64,000 nt of DNA, from assembly GCA_965214675.1 (NCBI GenBank), contig OZ243969.1:47249-111248 (forward strand), read 5' to 3'. The notes beneath the pieces were generated by a model that worked only from the letters and a program-made list of their open reading frames with translations, had not been told where the DNA came from and searched no databases. The position numbers and the translations under genes are program-made. Shown in pieces: positions 8,867 through 18,805 of the stretch (position 1 is its first letter; the number at the start of each line of letters is the position of its first letter). This DNA is from Gammaproteobacteria bacterium (GTDB lineage Bacteria > Pseudomonadota > Gammaproteobacteria > UBA4575).

Positions 8867-9694
8867 TCACTGTGGCAGTGCATTAGGGAAAAATAGCTGT
8901 TGACCATTTAACGTGAAGTTAGCAATTGTTTGCTGACCTTCACCAGATGTCAGCCAATTAATGAACAACTCGGCCTCCTTGTACTTTATATGTGGATGAC
9001 GATCGGGATTGATCTGAACGATGCTGTATTGATTATGTAAAGGGGGGTCATTCTCGAAAAGCAGAGCCAGTCCATCACGGTTTTTAAATGAGAGCCAAGT
9101 GCCCCTGTCAGTGAGCACATAGGCACTCATCCCCTGCGCTATGTTCAATGTAGTACCCATGCCTGCTCCGGTCTCGTGGTACCACTCACCGCTGTATCGC
9201 TGGGCATCTACGTCTGCCAATGCCCATAATTCCATCTCTTTCTTGTGGGTGCCACTTTCATCTCCGCGTGAAACAAATGGCATTTTATGTTCATGAATTA
9301 GTGACAGCACACGCGCTATACTTCGTTCTCCTCTTATGTTCACAGGGTCTTCTGACGGTCCAGCGACGATAAAGTCGTTGTACATGACTTCCCGACGTTG
9401 AATCCCAAAACCTTTAGATATGAACTCTTCCTCTGAAGGCTTGTGATGTACCAGTATAAGATCCGTATCGCCCATTTCTCCCAGTTTCAATGCGCGGCCT
9501 GTACCTACGGATACTACCCGCACATCAATGCCGGTACGGTCTCGAAATTTGGGGATAAGGTAATCTAGCAAACCGGAGTTTTCCGTTGAAGTGGTGGATG
9601 ATAAAGTTATAAAAGGTGATTTTTCCGCCTGCACGGAGGTAAGCAGAACACAAAGTGTCGCCACCGCAATGGCATTAGCCAAATACTGATTCAT
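8867..9694 (-). CDS. tupA: tungstate ABC transporter substrate-binding protein (TupA family)
   Basis: 275 aa with a signal peptide. SSTTSTENSGLLDYLIPKF...VGTGRALKLGEMGDTDLILVH...YNDFIVAGP matches the TupA/COG2998 pattern. Tungstate versus molybdate specificity is not provable from sequence alone. Confidence 0.75.
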   Translation of the reverse strand: MNQYLANAIAVATLCVLLTSVQAEKSPFITLSSTTSTENSGLLDYLIPKFRDRTGIDVRVVSVGTGRALKLGEMGDTDLILVHHKPSEEEFISKGFGIQRREVMYNDFIVAGPSEDPVNIRGERSIARVLSLIHEHKMPFVSRGDESGTHKKEMELWALADVDAQRYSGEWYHETGAGMGTTLNIAQGMSAYVLTDRGTWLSFKNRDGLALLFENDPPLHNQYSIVQINPDRHPHIKYKEAELFINWLTSGEGQQTIANFTLNGQQLFFPNALPQ

Positions 9695-9709
9695 TATTTT
9701 CTTTCAGTC

Positions 9710-10438
9710 TCAATCGAGTAGCTTGCCAGCAAGAAAATCTTCAGCGAGGCTGGTCTGGGGTTGGGCAAAATACACTTTAGCCGGAGTATGTTCAATTAAT
9801 CTACCCTGATGAAGAAATAGAATATCGTGTGCCAATCTTTTTGCTTGGTCCAGACTGTGGGTGGTCATAATTATTTTGGTATTCTGCTGTGCAATTTTTT
9901 TGATTAGCTTTTCGATAGTTGCCACACCCGAAGGGTCCAGTTCAGCAGTAGGCTCGTCCAACAGCATCACTTTCGGTTCAAGCACCCAAGCTCGCGCAAT
10001 ATTCAATCGCTGTTGTTCACCACCGGATAAGATCCGTGCACTTTGCGCAGAAAGCTTTACAAGTCCTGTATGCTGCAGAGCTTGCTGGATAAGCAAGTTC
10101 TGCCTGATTTTGACTACTTTGTGTAAAGAAAGTACATATTCAAGGTTGGCTAGCACACTCCGCTGCAGGAAAACTGGTTTTTGGAAAACGAATGTGCGCC
10201 AGGATTCCTCAGGCTTTGGCATATGCTGATCCCATCTTAATGACCCAGCATCTGGCCTTTCCAGGCCATGAGCAATGCGGAGCAATAAACTTTTTCCTGC
10301 ACCATTAGGTCCGAGAATGATCGTAATTCCCGTGGATCCGATAGTGGCATTAACGCTGTCAAGTAGCAGCTTCCCTTGTCTTGAAACACTAAGGTGTTGA
10401 ATTTTTAGGGGCAAGGGTAGTGCAGATGTCATGACCAT
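9710..10438 (-). CDS. tupC: ABC transporter ATP-binding protein (TupC-like)
   Basis: 242 aa with Walker A GPNGAGKSLL, signature LSGGEQQR and Walker B MLLDEPT. It overlaps the permease stop. Confidence 0.8.
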   Translation of the reverse strand: MVMTSALPLPLKIQHLSVSRQGKLLLDSVNATIGSTGITIILGPNGAGKSLLLRIAHGLERPDAGSLRWDQHMPKPEESWRTFVFQKPVFLQRSVLANLEYVLSLHKVVKIRQNLLIQQALQHTGLVKLSAQSARILSGGEQQRLNIARAWVLEPKVMLLDEPTAELDPSGVATIEKLIKKIAQQNTKIIMTTHSLDQAKRLAHDILFLHQGRLIEHTPAKVYFAQPQTSLAEDFLAGKLLD

Positions 10439-11142
10439 TAGCTATACACGCTGTAGGCAGCATGCCGAGCACTCATGACAGCTGAGGTGACGATCAAAGA
10501 TAGTGTAATCAGTATCATGCCTAATGCTAGTGCTAGTTCAATGTTCCCTTTGCTGGTCTCGAGGGCTATGGAAGTTGTCATTACACGAGTGTTGTGATTG
10601 ATATTTCCGCCTACAATCAATACTGCACCCACTTCGGCAATTGCCCTGCCGAATCCTGCAAATACGTTCGTAACTAAGCTGTATCGAGTTTCCCACAAAA
10701 GTGTGTTCATCATGCTCAATGACTTGGCGCCAAGTGCACGGAGTTGCGCATGAAATTCATTATTAGCATCCAAAATGGTCTGGCGAGTAAGCGCTGCAAT
10801 AATGGGTGTGATCAAACACACCTGTGCAATTACCATGGCCGTAGGCGTAAACAGCAAGCCCAATGCACCAAGCGGACCTGAGCGAGAGAGGATTAGGTAG
10901 ACTACCAAACCCACGACTACTGGTGGCAGACCCATAAAGGTATTCAGTATGGCAACAAGGAGGCCTCGTCCAAAAAACTTGTACAGGGCCAGCGCTGCTC
11001 CAAGCGGTAACCCAATCAGACTGGCTATCAAAACAGCTGTCAGGCTTACCCGTAAAGATAGCGCGACGATCTCTATCAGGTTAGGGTCAAGGTTTAAAAT
11101 GAGTTGGATCGCTTTTAGAAAAGCTTGTGAGAAATCGTTCAA
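10438..11142 (-). CDS. tupB: ABC transporter permease (TupB-like)
   Basis: 234 aa and polytopic, with the BPD-transporter EAA-type loop (ALGAKSLSMMNTLLWETR). It has a TTG start. Confidence 0.78.
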   Translation of the reverse strand: MNDFSQAFLKAIQLILNLDPNLIEIVALSLRVSLTAVLIASLIGLPLGAALALYKFFGRGLLVAILNTFMGLPPVVVGLVVYLILSRSGPLGALGLLFTPTAMVIAQVCLITPIIAALTRQTILDANNEFHAQLRALGAKSLSMMNTLLWETRYSLVTNVFAGFGRAIAEVGAVLIVGGNINHNTRVMTTSIALETSKGNIELALALGMILITLSLIVTSAVMSARHAAYSVYS

Positions 11143-11220
11143 GGTGGTTACTGTATTGCCTTACTGGGTGCCAGCAGAGTATTTCCGACTGGCCTGTTTT
11201 GCACTTCTATATCAGGTTGC

Positions 11221-11254
11221 GTAAACCAACATGTACCGTAAACCAACATGTACC
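11221..11254. repeat. perfect 17-bp tandem duplication (gtaaaccaacatgtacc x2) in the tupB upstream region
   Basis: This was read directly from the sequence. The two copies abut and are followed by gt, a partial third copy. Each copy contains the palindrome ACATGT. The array ends 79 nt upstream of the tupB start. Confidence 0.95.
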
Positions 11255-11665
11255 GTCTGGATGTGGAATGCCCATGATCCCTCAATAATCATTGTACAGC
11301 AGGGAAGTTCTGGCTATTTTGATCTGAATGCTTGAATCAGGACAGTGATGCCAATGCCCTCCTGTCTTTACCCATACATAACATACACAGTAAATGACAG
11401 TTTGTCGCCGCTCTTACAGTTGGGTCTTGGGCCAGCAGGTATCAGATGAAAATCTCCGGGTTTCAGCGCAAGCGAAACGGATATTGGTATAGCCTGCTGA
11501 CCCTGAGCCAAGATACCGCAAGCAAGAAGACCAGAATAGCTGCTGACTTGCACAAAAATGTAATTGCTTTGTTAGCAGTTTTTCCGATGTGTACAATACC
11601 CGGTTCTAAAACCATGTCAAACGATTCTTCGAAGATAACTTTGTGCTTGTTCTGTGAGGTTACTG

Positions 11666-12052
11666 ATGAGTAATGTGCCAGATGATCGTGTCTATTCGCC
11701 TCAGCATATTTGGTTGAAAATGCAAGATAGTGTTATTGCAATTATAGGCATCACCGAATTCGCACAGTCTGAATTAGGAGATATCGTCTATATTGAACCT
11801 CCTGATCTCGACCGCGAATATCAGGCTGGTCAGGTATGTGCCGTGGTTGAATCAGTGAAAACGGCCAGTGACGTGTACATGCCAGTAAATGGCAGAGTTA
11901 TTGAAGTTAATGGGGACTTGCTGGATGCACCTGAAATGTTGAATGAATTACCCTACGAGAATGGATGGCTCTGTAAGATAGAACTTCCGATAGATACAGC
12001 AATTGACAGTCTGCTTGATGCAAGCCAATATGAAGAATACATTGCCTCATAA
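11666..12052 (+). CDS. gcvH: glycine cleavage system H protein / lipoyl carrier
   Basis: It has the lipoyl-lysine motif VESVKTASDVYMP and the HIWLK...GITEFAQSELGDIVYIE pattern. The ATG at 11666 is preferred over the GTG at 11654 given in the ORF track. Confidence 0.9.
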   Translation: MSNVPDDRVYSPQHIWLKMQDSVIAIIGITEFAQSELGDIVYIEPPDLDREYQAGQVCAVVESVKTASDVYMPVNGRVIEVNGDLLDAPEMLNELPYENGWLCKIELPIDTAIDSLLDASQYEEYIAS

Positions 12053-12175
12053 TCGAGGTGTAATAGTTATCCAATAGAGTAAGCTAACGCACTTGTGGCC
12101 CTTATGAAAATCGATAACGTTATGCAGGTATGTTGCTAAATCAATGCGAATGCACCTGTTACTGGGGAGATAAAA

Positions 12176-12685
12176 ATGGCAAAAATTACTCTACATGGAA
12201 ATGAGATCCATACGAACGGAAACCTACCAAATATTGGTTCAGCTGCGCCAGATTTTACACTTGTGAACAAGGATCTGGAGAATGTATCTCTTTCCACGTT
12301 TCCGGGCAAAAGGAAAATACTGAATATAGTACCCAGCCTTGATACGCCGGTATGTGCAATATCAGCAAAGAAATTTAATGACTATGCAAAAGAGCATGAG
12401 GATACGGCGATTCTAGTCATTTCTGCAGACCTACCATTTGCAATGTCTCGATTTTGTGTTTCTGAGAACCTGGAGCAGCTTACCCCGCTATCCATAATGC
12501 GCTCACAGGAATTCTCCAAAGAATATGGTGTGCTGATAGAAGACGGGCCACTCGCGGGCATTACTGCACGAGCAATAGTGGTAATGGATCAGAACAATGT
12601 GGTTGTCCACACCGAGCTTATTGGTGAGATTGCGAACGAACCCGATTACAAAGCTGCCATCCAAGCACTAGGGCGAGTACCCTAG
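12176..12685 (+). CDS. tpx: thiol peroxidase (atypical 2-Cys peroxiredoxin)
   Basis: 169 aa with the peroxidatic Cys motif PSLDTPVCA and the resolving Cys in AMSRFCV. GGGGAGA lies 6 nt upstream of the ATG. Confidence 0.92.
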   Translation: MAKITLHGNEIHTNGNLPNIGSAAPDFTLVNKDLENVSLSTFPGKRKILNIVPSLDTPVCAISAKKFNDYAKEHEDTAILVISADLPFAMSRFCVSENLEQLTPLSIMRSQEFSKEYGVLIEDGPLAGITARAIVVMDQNNVVVHTELIGEIANEPDYKAAIQALGRVP

Positions 12686-13455
12686 CTCGAATTTTCAACT
12701 ACCCCAGCAATTGAGTTTCTCGCAAGCTGGGCAAGCTGCTTTCTCAGCTGGTCTTCGCTAGGTATGGGTTCGCACAGCGTCAATTCTGCTGCTGTACGCT
12801 TGGCTGACATAATGCGAAAAGCGTGCTTCACCAGATTGCGGTTGTCAACAAAAGGCACAATTGGGTTGACACCTTGGTGATGCGGGTAGCGAAGTGCTGC
12901 CGGTTGAATAACAGACTTCGTTTCAATGGCAGCAGCGAACAGCCGGGGATAGAAAGTATGTACAACAGTCCCATCTGTAGCTTTAGCTTCAGGGAAAGAC
13001 GCCACGCTATGTCCTGCACTGAGCCTTTCCTGCATTAGGCGTTTCGCTTCGAATGCACCGGACTTGGATCCTCGACGGATGAAGAGCGTGCCTGACTTGG
13101 CAGCAAGGGTGCCTACCACAGGCCATTTGCGAACTTCTACCTTGGACAAAAATGAGACGGGTAATACAGAGGCAATGATTACGATGTCCAGCCACGAAAT
13201 ATGATTCGCTACTACAAAAACCGGTGATTTCCGTATGGTCCCTCGCACGGTAAGGTCAATCCCAATGATTTTTGCCACTTGGGACAGCCAGGTCTGAATA
13301 ATCCTGTGCTGTTTATCTGTCAGGTCAAAATTCTGCGAGTCGCCCAATGCGGTGTAGCATATGTAGATACCTTTGAGGAGGTGGACAAGCAAACGGATTA
13401 GCCGAAATATCCCTCTGAGTATATTCATCGAATCAAACGCGATGACGTCCTGCAA
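12682..13455 (-). CDS. lysophospholipid (1-acyl-sn-glycerol-3-phosphate) acyltransferase family protein
   Basis: 257 aa with the acyltransferase motifs NHISWLD (HX4D) and FPEAKATDG. Confidence 0.8.
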   Translation of the reverse strand: MQDVIAFDSMNILRGIFRLIRLLVHLLKGIYICYTALGDSQNFDLTDKQHRIIQTWLSQVAKIIGIDLTVRGTIRKSPVFVVANHISWLDIVIIASVLPVSFLSKVEVRKWPVVGTLAAKSGTLFIRRGSKSGAFEAKRLMQERLSAGHSVASFPEAKATDGTVVHTFYPRLFAAAIETKSVIQPAALRYPHHQGVNPIVPFVDNRNLVKHAFRIMSAKRTAAELTLCEPIPSEDQLRKQLAQLARNSIAGVVENSS

Positions 13456-13457
13456 AT

Positions 13458-15545
13458 CTATTGCGGGGTTCCAGTATCTGTTATTGCGCTTTGTAATTCA
13501 GCCAAACTCGTGATCGGGGCCTTGCACGACATGCCTTCACAAACATATGCTACGACACCTTCTGGGCATGGTTCGAAATACTTCTTTTCGATTAGCGCAT
13601 CCGGCAAATTCCTTTCGTCTGAATCAATGGCAAAAACCAGTCGGCGGGGTTCAAAACCCAAGGTGCATTGTTTTTGCCATTTTTTGAGGTCATTTTTTCT
13701 GCCTCGAAGAATGATGATCTGCAGCGGGTAATGCTTCTCTTCATAAGCATTGATCAGGCTCGCGTGCCCCATAGGGGCATGTGTTACAGCTTGACCGGAA
13801 AATTGCAGCACGCGTTCCGTTGCATCGAGGTACTCGGTATTTCCCAATAAATAGCCGAGTCGTGTCAATGCCATGGCAGCAATTCCATTACCAGAAGGCA
13901 TGGCCTCGTCACTCAGGGTTTTGGACCGCTGTATAAGGCGCTCATGATCTATCGAGGTGAAGTAAAAGCCACCTTGCGCTTTATCTTCAAATTTTTCCAG
14001 CAACACATCGGCGATTTCACAGGCCCAAGTCAGGTCTTCAGTGCACCAGCGCACTTGCAGCATTTCTAAAATAGCATCCAGCAAGAAAGAATAGTCATCC
14101 AGATATGCATCAAGGTGGGCAATGCCATCCTTGTACGTTGCGGTCAGATGTTGATTGGACCACATTGTGTTACGTAAAAATTCCAGCGAACGCTGCGCCG
14201 ATTCAATATATTCAGCCCTTTCCAGAATCCTGCCGGCAATGGCCATTCCGCGTATCATCAATGCATTCCAGCTGCTCAGTATCTTATCGTCACGGTCAGG
14301 ATGTATGCGCTTCTCTCGTTGAGAAAATAGTTTATGTTTAGCTTGCCGTATCAGGGTCTTGAAGTTTTCTTCTGATATGTCAGCCTGCTTGCATATTGCA
14401 TCCATGCCTACAAAGGTGTGCAGGTGATACCTGCCTTCAAAATTTGCATTTCGGTCCAGGCCATAGTGTGTTGAAAACACTGCATATTCATTGTCATCCA
14501 GTACCTGCTTGATCTGATCGCGATCCCAGGCATAGTATTTTCCTTCACTGCCCTCGGAGTCAGCATCTATAGAGGAGTAGTATCCTCCTTCAGGTGATTG
14601 CATCTCGCGTATCACCCATTGTGCAGTAGCCTCGCACACATTTTTGAATTGCTCAGATCCGGTCAATGCAAATCCCTGCGCATACAAGGCTAATAAAGGA
14701 CCATTGTCATACAACATTTTTTCAAAGTGAGGAATCATCCAGTAGGAATCCACTGAATATCGGCAAAAGCCTCCGCCAAGATGATCAAAAAGACCACCTG
14801 CTGCCATTTTTTCCAGAGTGAAAATTGCTGCATGCAATGAGCGGGGGCTGTTCTGTTGTGTCGAATTTGATTGCGCGTAGTAACGCAATAGCCGCTCAAT
14901 ATGAGTAGTGTGTGGGAACTTGGGTGCAGGTCCAAATCCACCGTCCTTTACATCGAAGGCCTGCTCGATCTGTTGGTTACAAATTTTGAAGAGGTCAGGA
15001 GAGAGATCTGTTAATGCGTAGGTCGGTTCATGGATTTTTTGCAATACACTTTGTATCGATTGATTTTGAGCTGTAATTTCTTCGCGTCGATCTTGGTACA
15101 CTTTTGAAATGTGTTGCAGCAAATCCTTGAATGATGGTAGCCCGTGACGCGCTTCATTGGGGAAATATGTACCTCCGAAAAACGGCATTTGGTCATCGGG
15201 AGTTAAAAACATGGTCAATGGCCATCCACCTGTGCGCTGTGTCAGCACAAACTGCGCAGTCTGGTAAATTTTGTCAATGTCAGGACGCTCCTCACGATCA
15301 ATTTTGATGTTGATGAATAGTTCATTCATTATTTTTGCTGTGGTTTCATCCTCGAACGATTCGTGCGCCATGACATGGCACCAGTGGCAAGCTGAATACC
15401 CGATTGACAACAGGATTGGTTTGTCTTCTTGTCTGGCACGCTCAAGTGCTTCATCGCTCCAGGGATACCACTCTACCGGATTATCCGCATGCTGAATCAA
15501 GTAGGGGCTGGTCTGTCCGGCAAGATGGTTTTTACCTTGATTCAT
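13458..15545 (-). CDS. thioredoxin-domain / N-acylglucosamine-2-epimerase-fold protein (YyaL/DUF255 family)
   Basis: It has [18 protein letters not shown]...[16 protein letters not shown] and then a long alpha/alpha-toroid region. The start is placed at MNQGKNH (15545). The ORF track extends to 15599. Confidence 0.85.
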   Translation of the reverse strand: MNQGKNHLAGQTSPYLIQHADNPVEWYPWSDEALERARQEDKPILLSIGYSACHWCHVMAHESFEDETTAKIMNELFINIKIDREERPDIDKIYQTAQFVLTQRTGGWPLTMFLTPDDQMPFFGGTYFPNEARHGLPSFKDLLQHISKVYQDRREEITAQNQSIQSVLQKIHEPTYALTDLSPDLFKICNQQIEQAFDVKDGGFGPAPKFPHTTHIERLLRYYAQSNSTQQNSPRSLHAAIFTLEKMAAGGLFDHLGGGFCRYSVDSYWMIPHFEKMLYDNGPLLALYAQGFALTGSEQFKNVCEATAQWVIREMQSPEGGYYSSIDADSEGSEGKYYAWDRDQIKQVLDDNEYAVFSTHYGLDRNANFEGRYHLHTFVGMDAICKQADISEENFKTLIRQAKHKLFSQREKRIHPDRDDKILSSWNALMIRGMAIAGRILERAEYIESAQRSLEFLRNTMWSNQHLTATYKDGIAHLDAYLDDYSFLLDAILEMLQVRWCTEDLTWACEIADVLLEKFEDKAQGGFYFTSIDHERLIQRSKTLSDEAMPSGNGIAAMALTRLGYLLGNTEYLDATERVLQFSGQAVTHAPMGHASLINAYEEKHYPLQIIILRGRKNDLKKWQKQCTLGFEPRRLVFAIDSDERNLPDALIEKKYFEPCPEGVVAYVCEGMSCKAPITSLAELQSAITDTGTPQ

Positions 15546-15640
15546 GTTTATGATGCGCTCACTGTTTTTTGTATAGTCTGCACATGGATTTTCCAGCATC
15601 TCAGGTCGTGGGACGGAAAATTAAATGTATATGATATGGC

Positions 15641-16441
15641 ATGTTGAATTTCCCAAATCTTGATCCCGTTATCTTTTCTTTTGGACCTCTGAAGCTTCAC
15701 TGGTATGGCTTTATGTATGCAGTAGGGTTCCTGTCATTCTGGGGCCTGGCCCATATTCTCGCAAAAAAGGAGCATACAGTAGTACAGCCTGCGGATGTTG
15801 ACGATCTTTTTTTCTATGGCATGTTGGGAGTAGTGCTAGGTGGTCGCCTCGGCTCGGTACTGTTTTATAACCATTCCTATTTTCTTGAAGACCCGCTTTA
15901 CCTGTTCAGGATCTGGGAAGGAGGTATGAGTTTTCATGGCGGGCTGCTGGGTGTCATCATTGTGTTGTGGATTTTTCATAGGAAAAAAGGGTGTAAATTT
16001 TTGCAATTGTGCGATTTTATTGCTCCAACTGTACCAGTGGGGCTTGGGGCAGGGCGAATTGGTAATTTTATTAATGGAGAGCTGTGGGGCCGTGCAACGG
16101 ACGTCCCATGGGGCATGGTATTCCCGGGTGCAGATTCACTGGCCAGGCACCCTTCGCAACTTTACCAGGCCTTTCTGGAAGGCCTGGTATTGTTCTTGAT
16201 ACTTTGGTTGTTTGCAAAAAAACCACGTCCAGGCGGAGCAGTAGCCGGTTTGTTTATGCTGTTGTACGGAGTATTTAGGTTTATGACAGAGTTTGTGCGA
16301 GAGCCCGATATGAACTTGGGGTTTGTCGCCTTCGACTGGATGACGATGGGCCAGCTTTTGACGATACCCATGATCTTGATTGGTGTTCTGTTGATGTATC
16401 AGGCATACATAAGATCTGGGCCAGCAATTCGGACACACTGA
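15641..16441 (+). CDS. lgt: prolipoprotein diacylglyceryl transferase
   Basis: 266 aa with HWYGFMY, GGMSFHGGLLGV and GRIGNFINGELWGR motifs. Synteny is lgt-thyA. Confidence 0.94.
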   Translation: MLNFPNLDPVIFSFGPLKLHWYGFMYAVGFLSFWGLAHILAKKEHTVVQPADVDDLFFYGMLGVVLGGRLGSVLFYNHSYFLEDPLYLFRIWEGGMSFHGGLLGVIIVLWIFHRKKGCKFLQLCDFIAPTVPVGLGAGRIGNFINGELWGRATDVPWGMVFPGADSLARHPSQLYQAFLEGLVLFLILWLFAKKPRPGGAVAGLFMLLYGVFRFMTEFVREPDMNLGFVAFDWMTMGQLLTIPMILIGVLLMYQAYIRSGPAIRTH

Positions 16442-16444
16442 ACG

Positions 16445-17239
16445 ATGCAGCAATATCTTGAACTATTGAGGCACGTCATTGACAAGGGTGTAGAAAAAGA
16501 GGACCGCACCGGTACCGGCACCTATTCTGTCTTTGGCTATCAGATGAGATTTGACCTGGCAGACGGTTTTCCTCTTTTAACTACAAAAAAACTTCATCTG
16601 AAATCAATCATTCATGAACTGTTGTGGTTTTTGAAGGGCGACACCAATATTGCCTACCTGCAAGAAAATGGTGTTTCAATCTGGGATCAGTGGGCTGATC
16701 AAAATGGAGATTTGGGCCCAGTCTACGGCGCACAATGGCGCAACTGGTCTTGTGCTGACGGTAAGTCAATTGACCAGATCACCACATTGATCGAGGGCTT
16801 GAAAGCAGACCCGCTATCAAGAAGGCACATAGTCAGTGCCTGGAATGTTGGCGCACTGGGTGGCATGGCACTGCCACCTTGCCATGCTTTTTTTCAGTTT
16901 TATGTTGCCCAGAATCGACTTTCGTGTCAGCTATACCAACGTAGTGCCGATGTTTTTCTTGGGGTTCCGTTTAACATCGCTTCCTATGCGCTTTTATTGT
17001 TGATGGTTGCACAGGTAACAGGCTATCAAGCCGGTGAGTTTGTGCACACTTTTGGCGACGTACACCTCTACAAAAATCATGTTGAACAGGCGAATCAGCA
17101 ACTTGAGCGAACCCCTTTCGAGTTGCCGAAGATGCACATCAATCCGCAAGTAAACTCAATTTTTGATTTTGTATATGAGGATTTTGAGTTGCAGAATTAT
17201 CAATCTCATGGTCACATCCCAGCCCCAGTAGCAGTCTAG
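16445..17239 (+). CDS. thyA: thymidylate synthase
   Basis: 264 aa with DRTGTGT, active-site [12 protein letters not shown] and [17 protein letters not shown]. Confidence 0.97.
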   Translation: MQQYLELLRHVIDKGVEKEDRTGTGTYSVFGYQMRFDLADGFPLLTTKKLHLKSIIHELLWFLKGDTNIAYLQENGVSIWDQWADQNGDLGPVYGAQWRNWSCADGKSIDQITTLIEGLKADPLSRRHIVSAWNVGALGGMALPPCHAFFQFYVAQNRLSCQLYQRSADVFLGVPFNIASYALLLLMVAQVTGYQAGEFVHTFGDVHLYKNHVEQANQQLERTPFELPKMHINPQVNSIFDFVYEDFELQNYQSHGHIPAPVAV

Positions 17240-17751
17240 TGCAAAATCCAGAAATTGTTGTTATCGCTGCCATGGCTCATCATGGGGTCATTGGGAAAGA
17301 TGGCGCAATCCCCTGGCATTTGCCTGCAGATTTGCAGCGCTTTAAAAACACCACGATGGGCTATCCCATGGTGATGGGGCGTAAAACTTTTGAGTCACTA
17401 CCGAGTGTGCTGCCAGGTCGGCAGCATGTCATTCTTACCCGAAACAGGAATTACATCGCAAAGGGTTGTGACATTGTCACCTGCTGGGAGGAGGCAAAGA
17501 CCCTACTGGCAGAATCGGAAAAGATATTCGTGATTGGTGGAGCTGAAGTTCATGCACTCGTGTTACCCCATGCGCAGCAGTTAGACCTTACATTCGTGCA
17601 TGCAGAGCTGGAAGGAGATACTTTTTTCCCACAATGGGACAAGAGTCATTGGAAGGAAGTAAGCCGGGAATTTCGTCCCAGGGATGATAAAAACCAATAT
17701 GACCTGGAAAATATTCGGTATCTGCGTATCAACAGGGGTTTGAAGAGTTGA
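17239..17751 (+). CDS. folA: dihydrofolate reductase
   Basis: 170 aa with VIGKDGAIPWHLPADLQRFK and MGRKTFESL. Its GTG start overlaps the thyA TAG stop by 1 nt. Confidence 0.92.
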   Translation: MQNPEIVVIAAMAHHGVIGKDGAIPWHLPADLQRFKNTTMGYPMVMGRKTFESLPSVLPGRQHVILTRNRNYIAKGCDIVTCWEEAKTLLAESEKIFVIGGAEVHALVLPHAQQLDLTFVHAELEGDTFFPQWDKSHWKEVSREFRPRDDKNQYDLENIRYLRINRGLKS

Positions 17752-17820
17752 AAGGCGCAGCTGCGAGGCATTAATTAAAACAGATTAATCCTGAGTGACA
17801 GAAGACCCAAGGGACAGTGT

Positions 17821-18657
17821 CTAAACGGCCGGAATTGCTCGCTTGGCTTCGCAGGCGATCTGAAATTTCTTGTACTTGGGCTTACGGATTCTTACGGCTG
17901 TCAGCGCCCCGCCCCAAAGGCATCCTGTATCGGTCGCAATAATATTATTACTGTCCCGGTAACCCAATGTTGACCAGTGCCCGAATACAATGGCAGTGTC
18001 TTTGCTTTTCCGTGAACTAATCTCGTACCAAGGCTGCATCTTTGGACCCTGCGTGCCGGGTGGCCCTTTCTCTGTCATACTCATCACACCTTCATGGTCA
18101 CAATAACGCAGCCGTGTGAATGAGTTGGTGATCACACGCAGTCGCTCCCATCCGGTCAGGGTTTCATCCCACTGCCGGGGTGTATCTCCGTACATGTTTC
18201 TCAAAAAGTCGATGTAGTTTCCAGAGCGCAAGATCTCCTCTACCTCATTTGCATATGCGGCTGCGTTTTTAACACTCCACTGAGGGATGATTCCGGCATG
18301 CACCATGGCAATGTTGAGTACTTCGTCAAAGTGCATCAGCGGACGATGTCTTAGCCAGTCGATCAATTCATCCACGTCGCTGGCACGAAGGGTTTCGGCA
18401 AGACTGCTGTATTCTGTAGTCGGTTTAACATTTGCATGGGCTGCCAGCAAATGGAGATCATGGTTCCCCAATACAGTTGTAGCTGATTCACCCAGGGACT
18501 TTATCCAGCGCAGTGTTTCAAGTGATTTTGGTCCTCGGTTGACCAGGTCGCCAACAAACCACAACTCATCGCACTTTGGATTAAATTCAATCTTTTCAAC
18601 AAGTGCAGTCAGCTCATCAAAGCAACCCTGCACGTCTCCAATAGCATAAATAGCCAT
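17821..18657 (-). CDS. apaH: bis(5'-nucleosyl)-tetraphosphatase (symmetrical)
   Basis: 278 aa with metallophosphatase motifs GDVQGC, GDLVNRGP and GNHD. It ends the rsmA-apaG-apaH block. Confidence 0.94.
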   Translation of the reverse strand: MAIYAIGDVQGCFDELTALVEKIEFNPKCDELWFVGDLVNRGPKSLETLRWIKSLGESATTVLGNHDLHLLAAHANVKPTTEYSSLAETLRASDVDELIDWLRHRPLMHFDEVLNIAMVHAGIIPQWSVKNAAAYANEVEEILRSGNYIDFLRNMYGDTPRQWDETLTGWERLRVITNSFTRLRYCDHEGVMSMTEKGPPGTQGPKMQPWYEISSRKSKDTAIVFGHWSTLGYRDSNNIIATDTGCLWGGALTAVRIRKPKYKKFQIACEAKRAIPAV

Positions 18658-18805
18658 GTCAGGGTTTTAGTTTGTGGAGTTGAATAGCTGAGAAAGGTGA
18701 GAACCAGGTCTAGTTAAAACCTGAAGTCATGAACGTAACTATCTGATCATAAACATAAAGTTCGAAGAAGTGATTCGGGGTTAGGTCCACGTGCTGAACA
18801 TTGCG

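Noticed and set aside
11143-11665. Calling a Moco/Tuco riboswitch (for tupBCA) or a glycine riboswitch (for gcvH)
   Set aside because: By eye I could not find the conserved core sequences of either class on the appropriate strands. The region is kept only as one to scan with covariance models.
11446-11673. 75-aa ORF and the 60-61-aa minus ORFs in the tup/gcvH intergenic region
   Set aside because: They have no SD and odd composition, they overlap each other, and no family is recognisable. The region is more plausibly regulatory.
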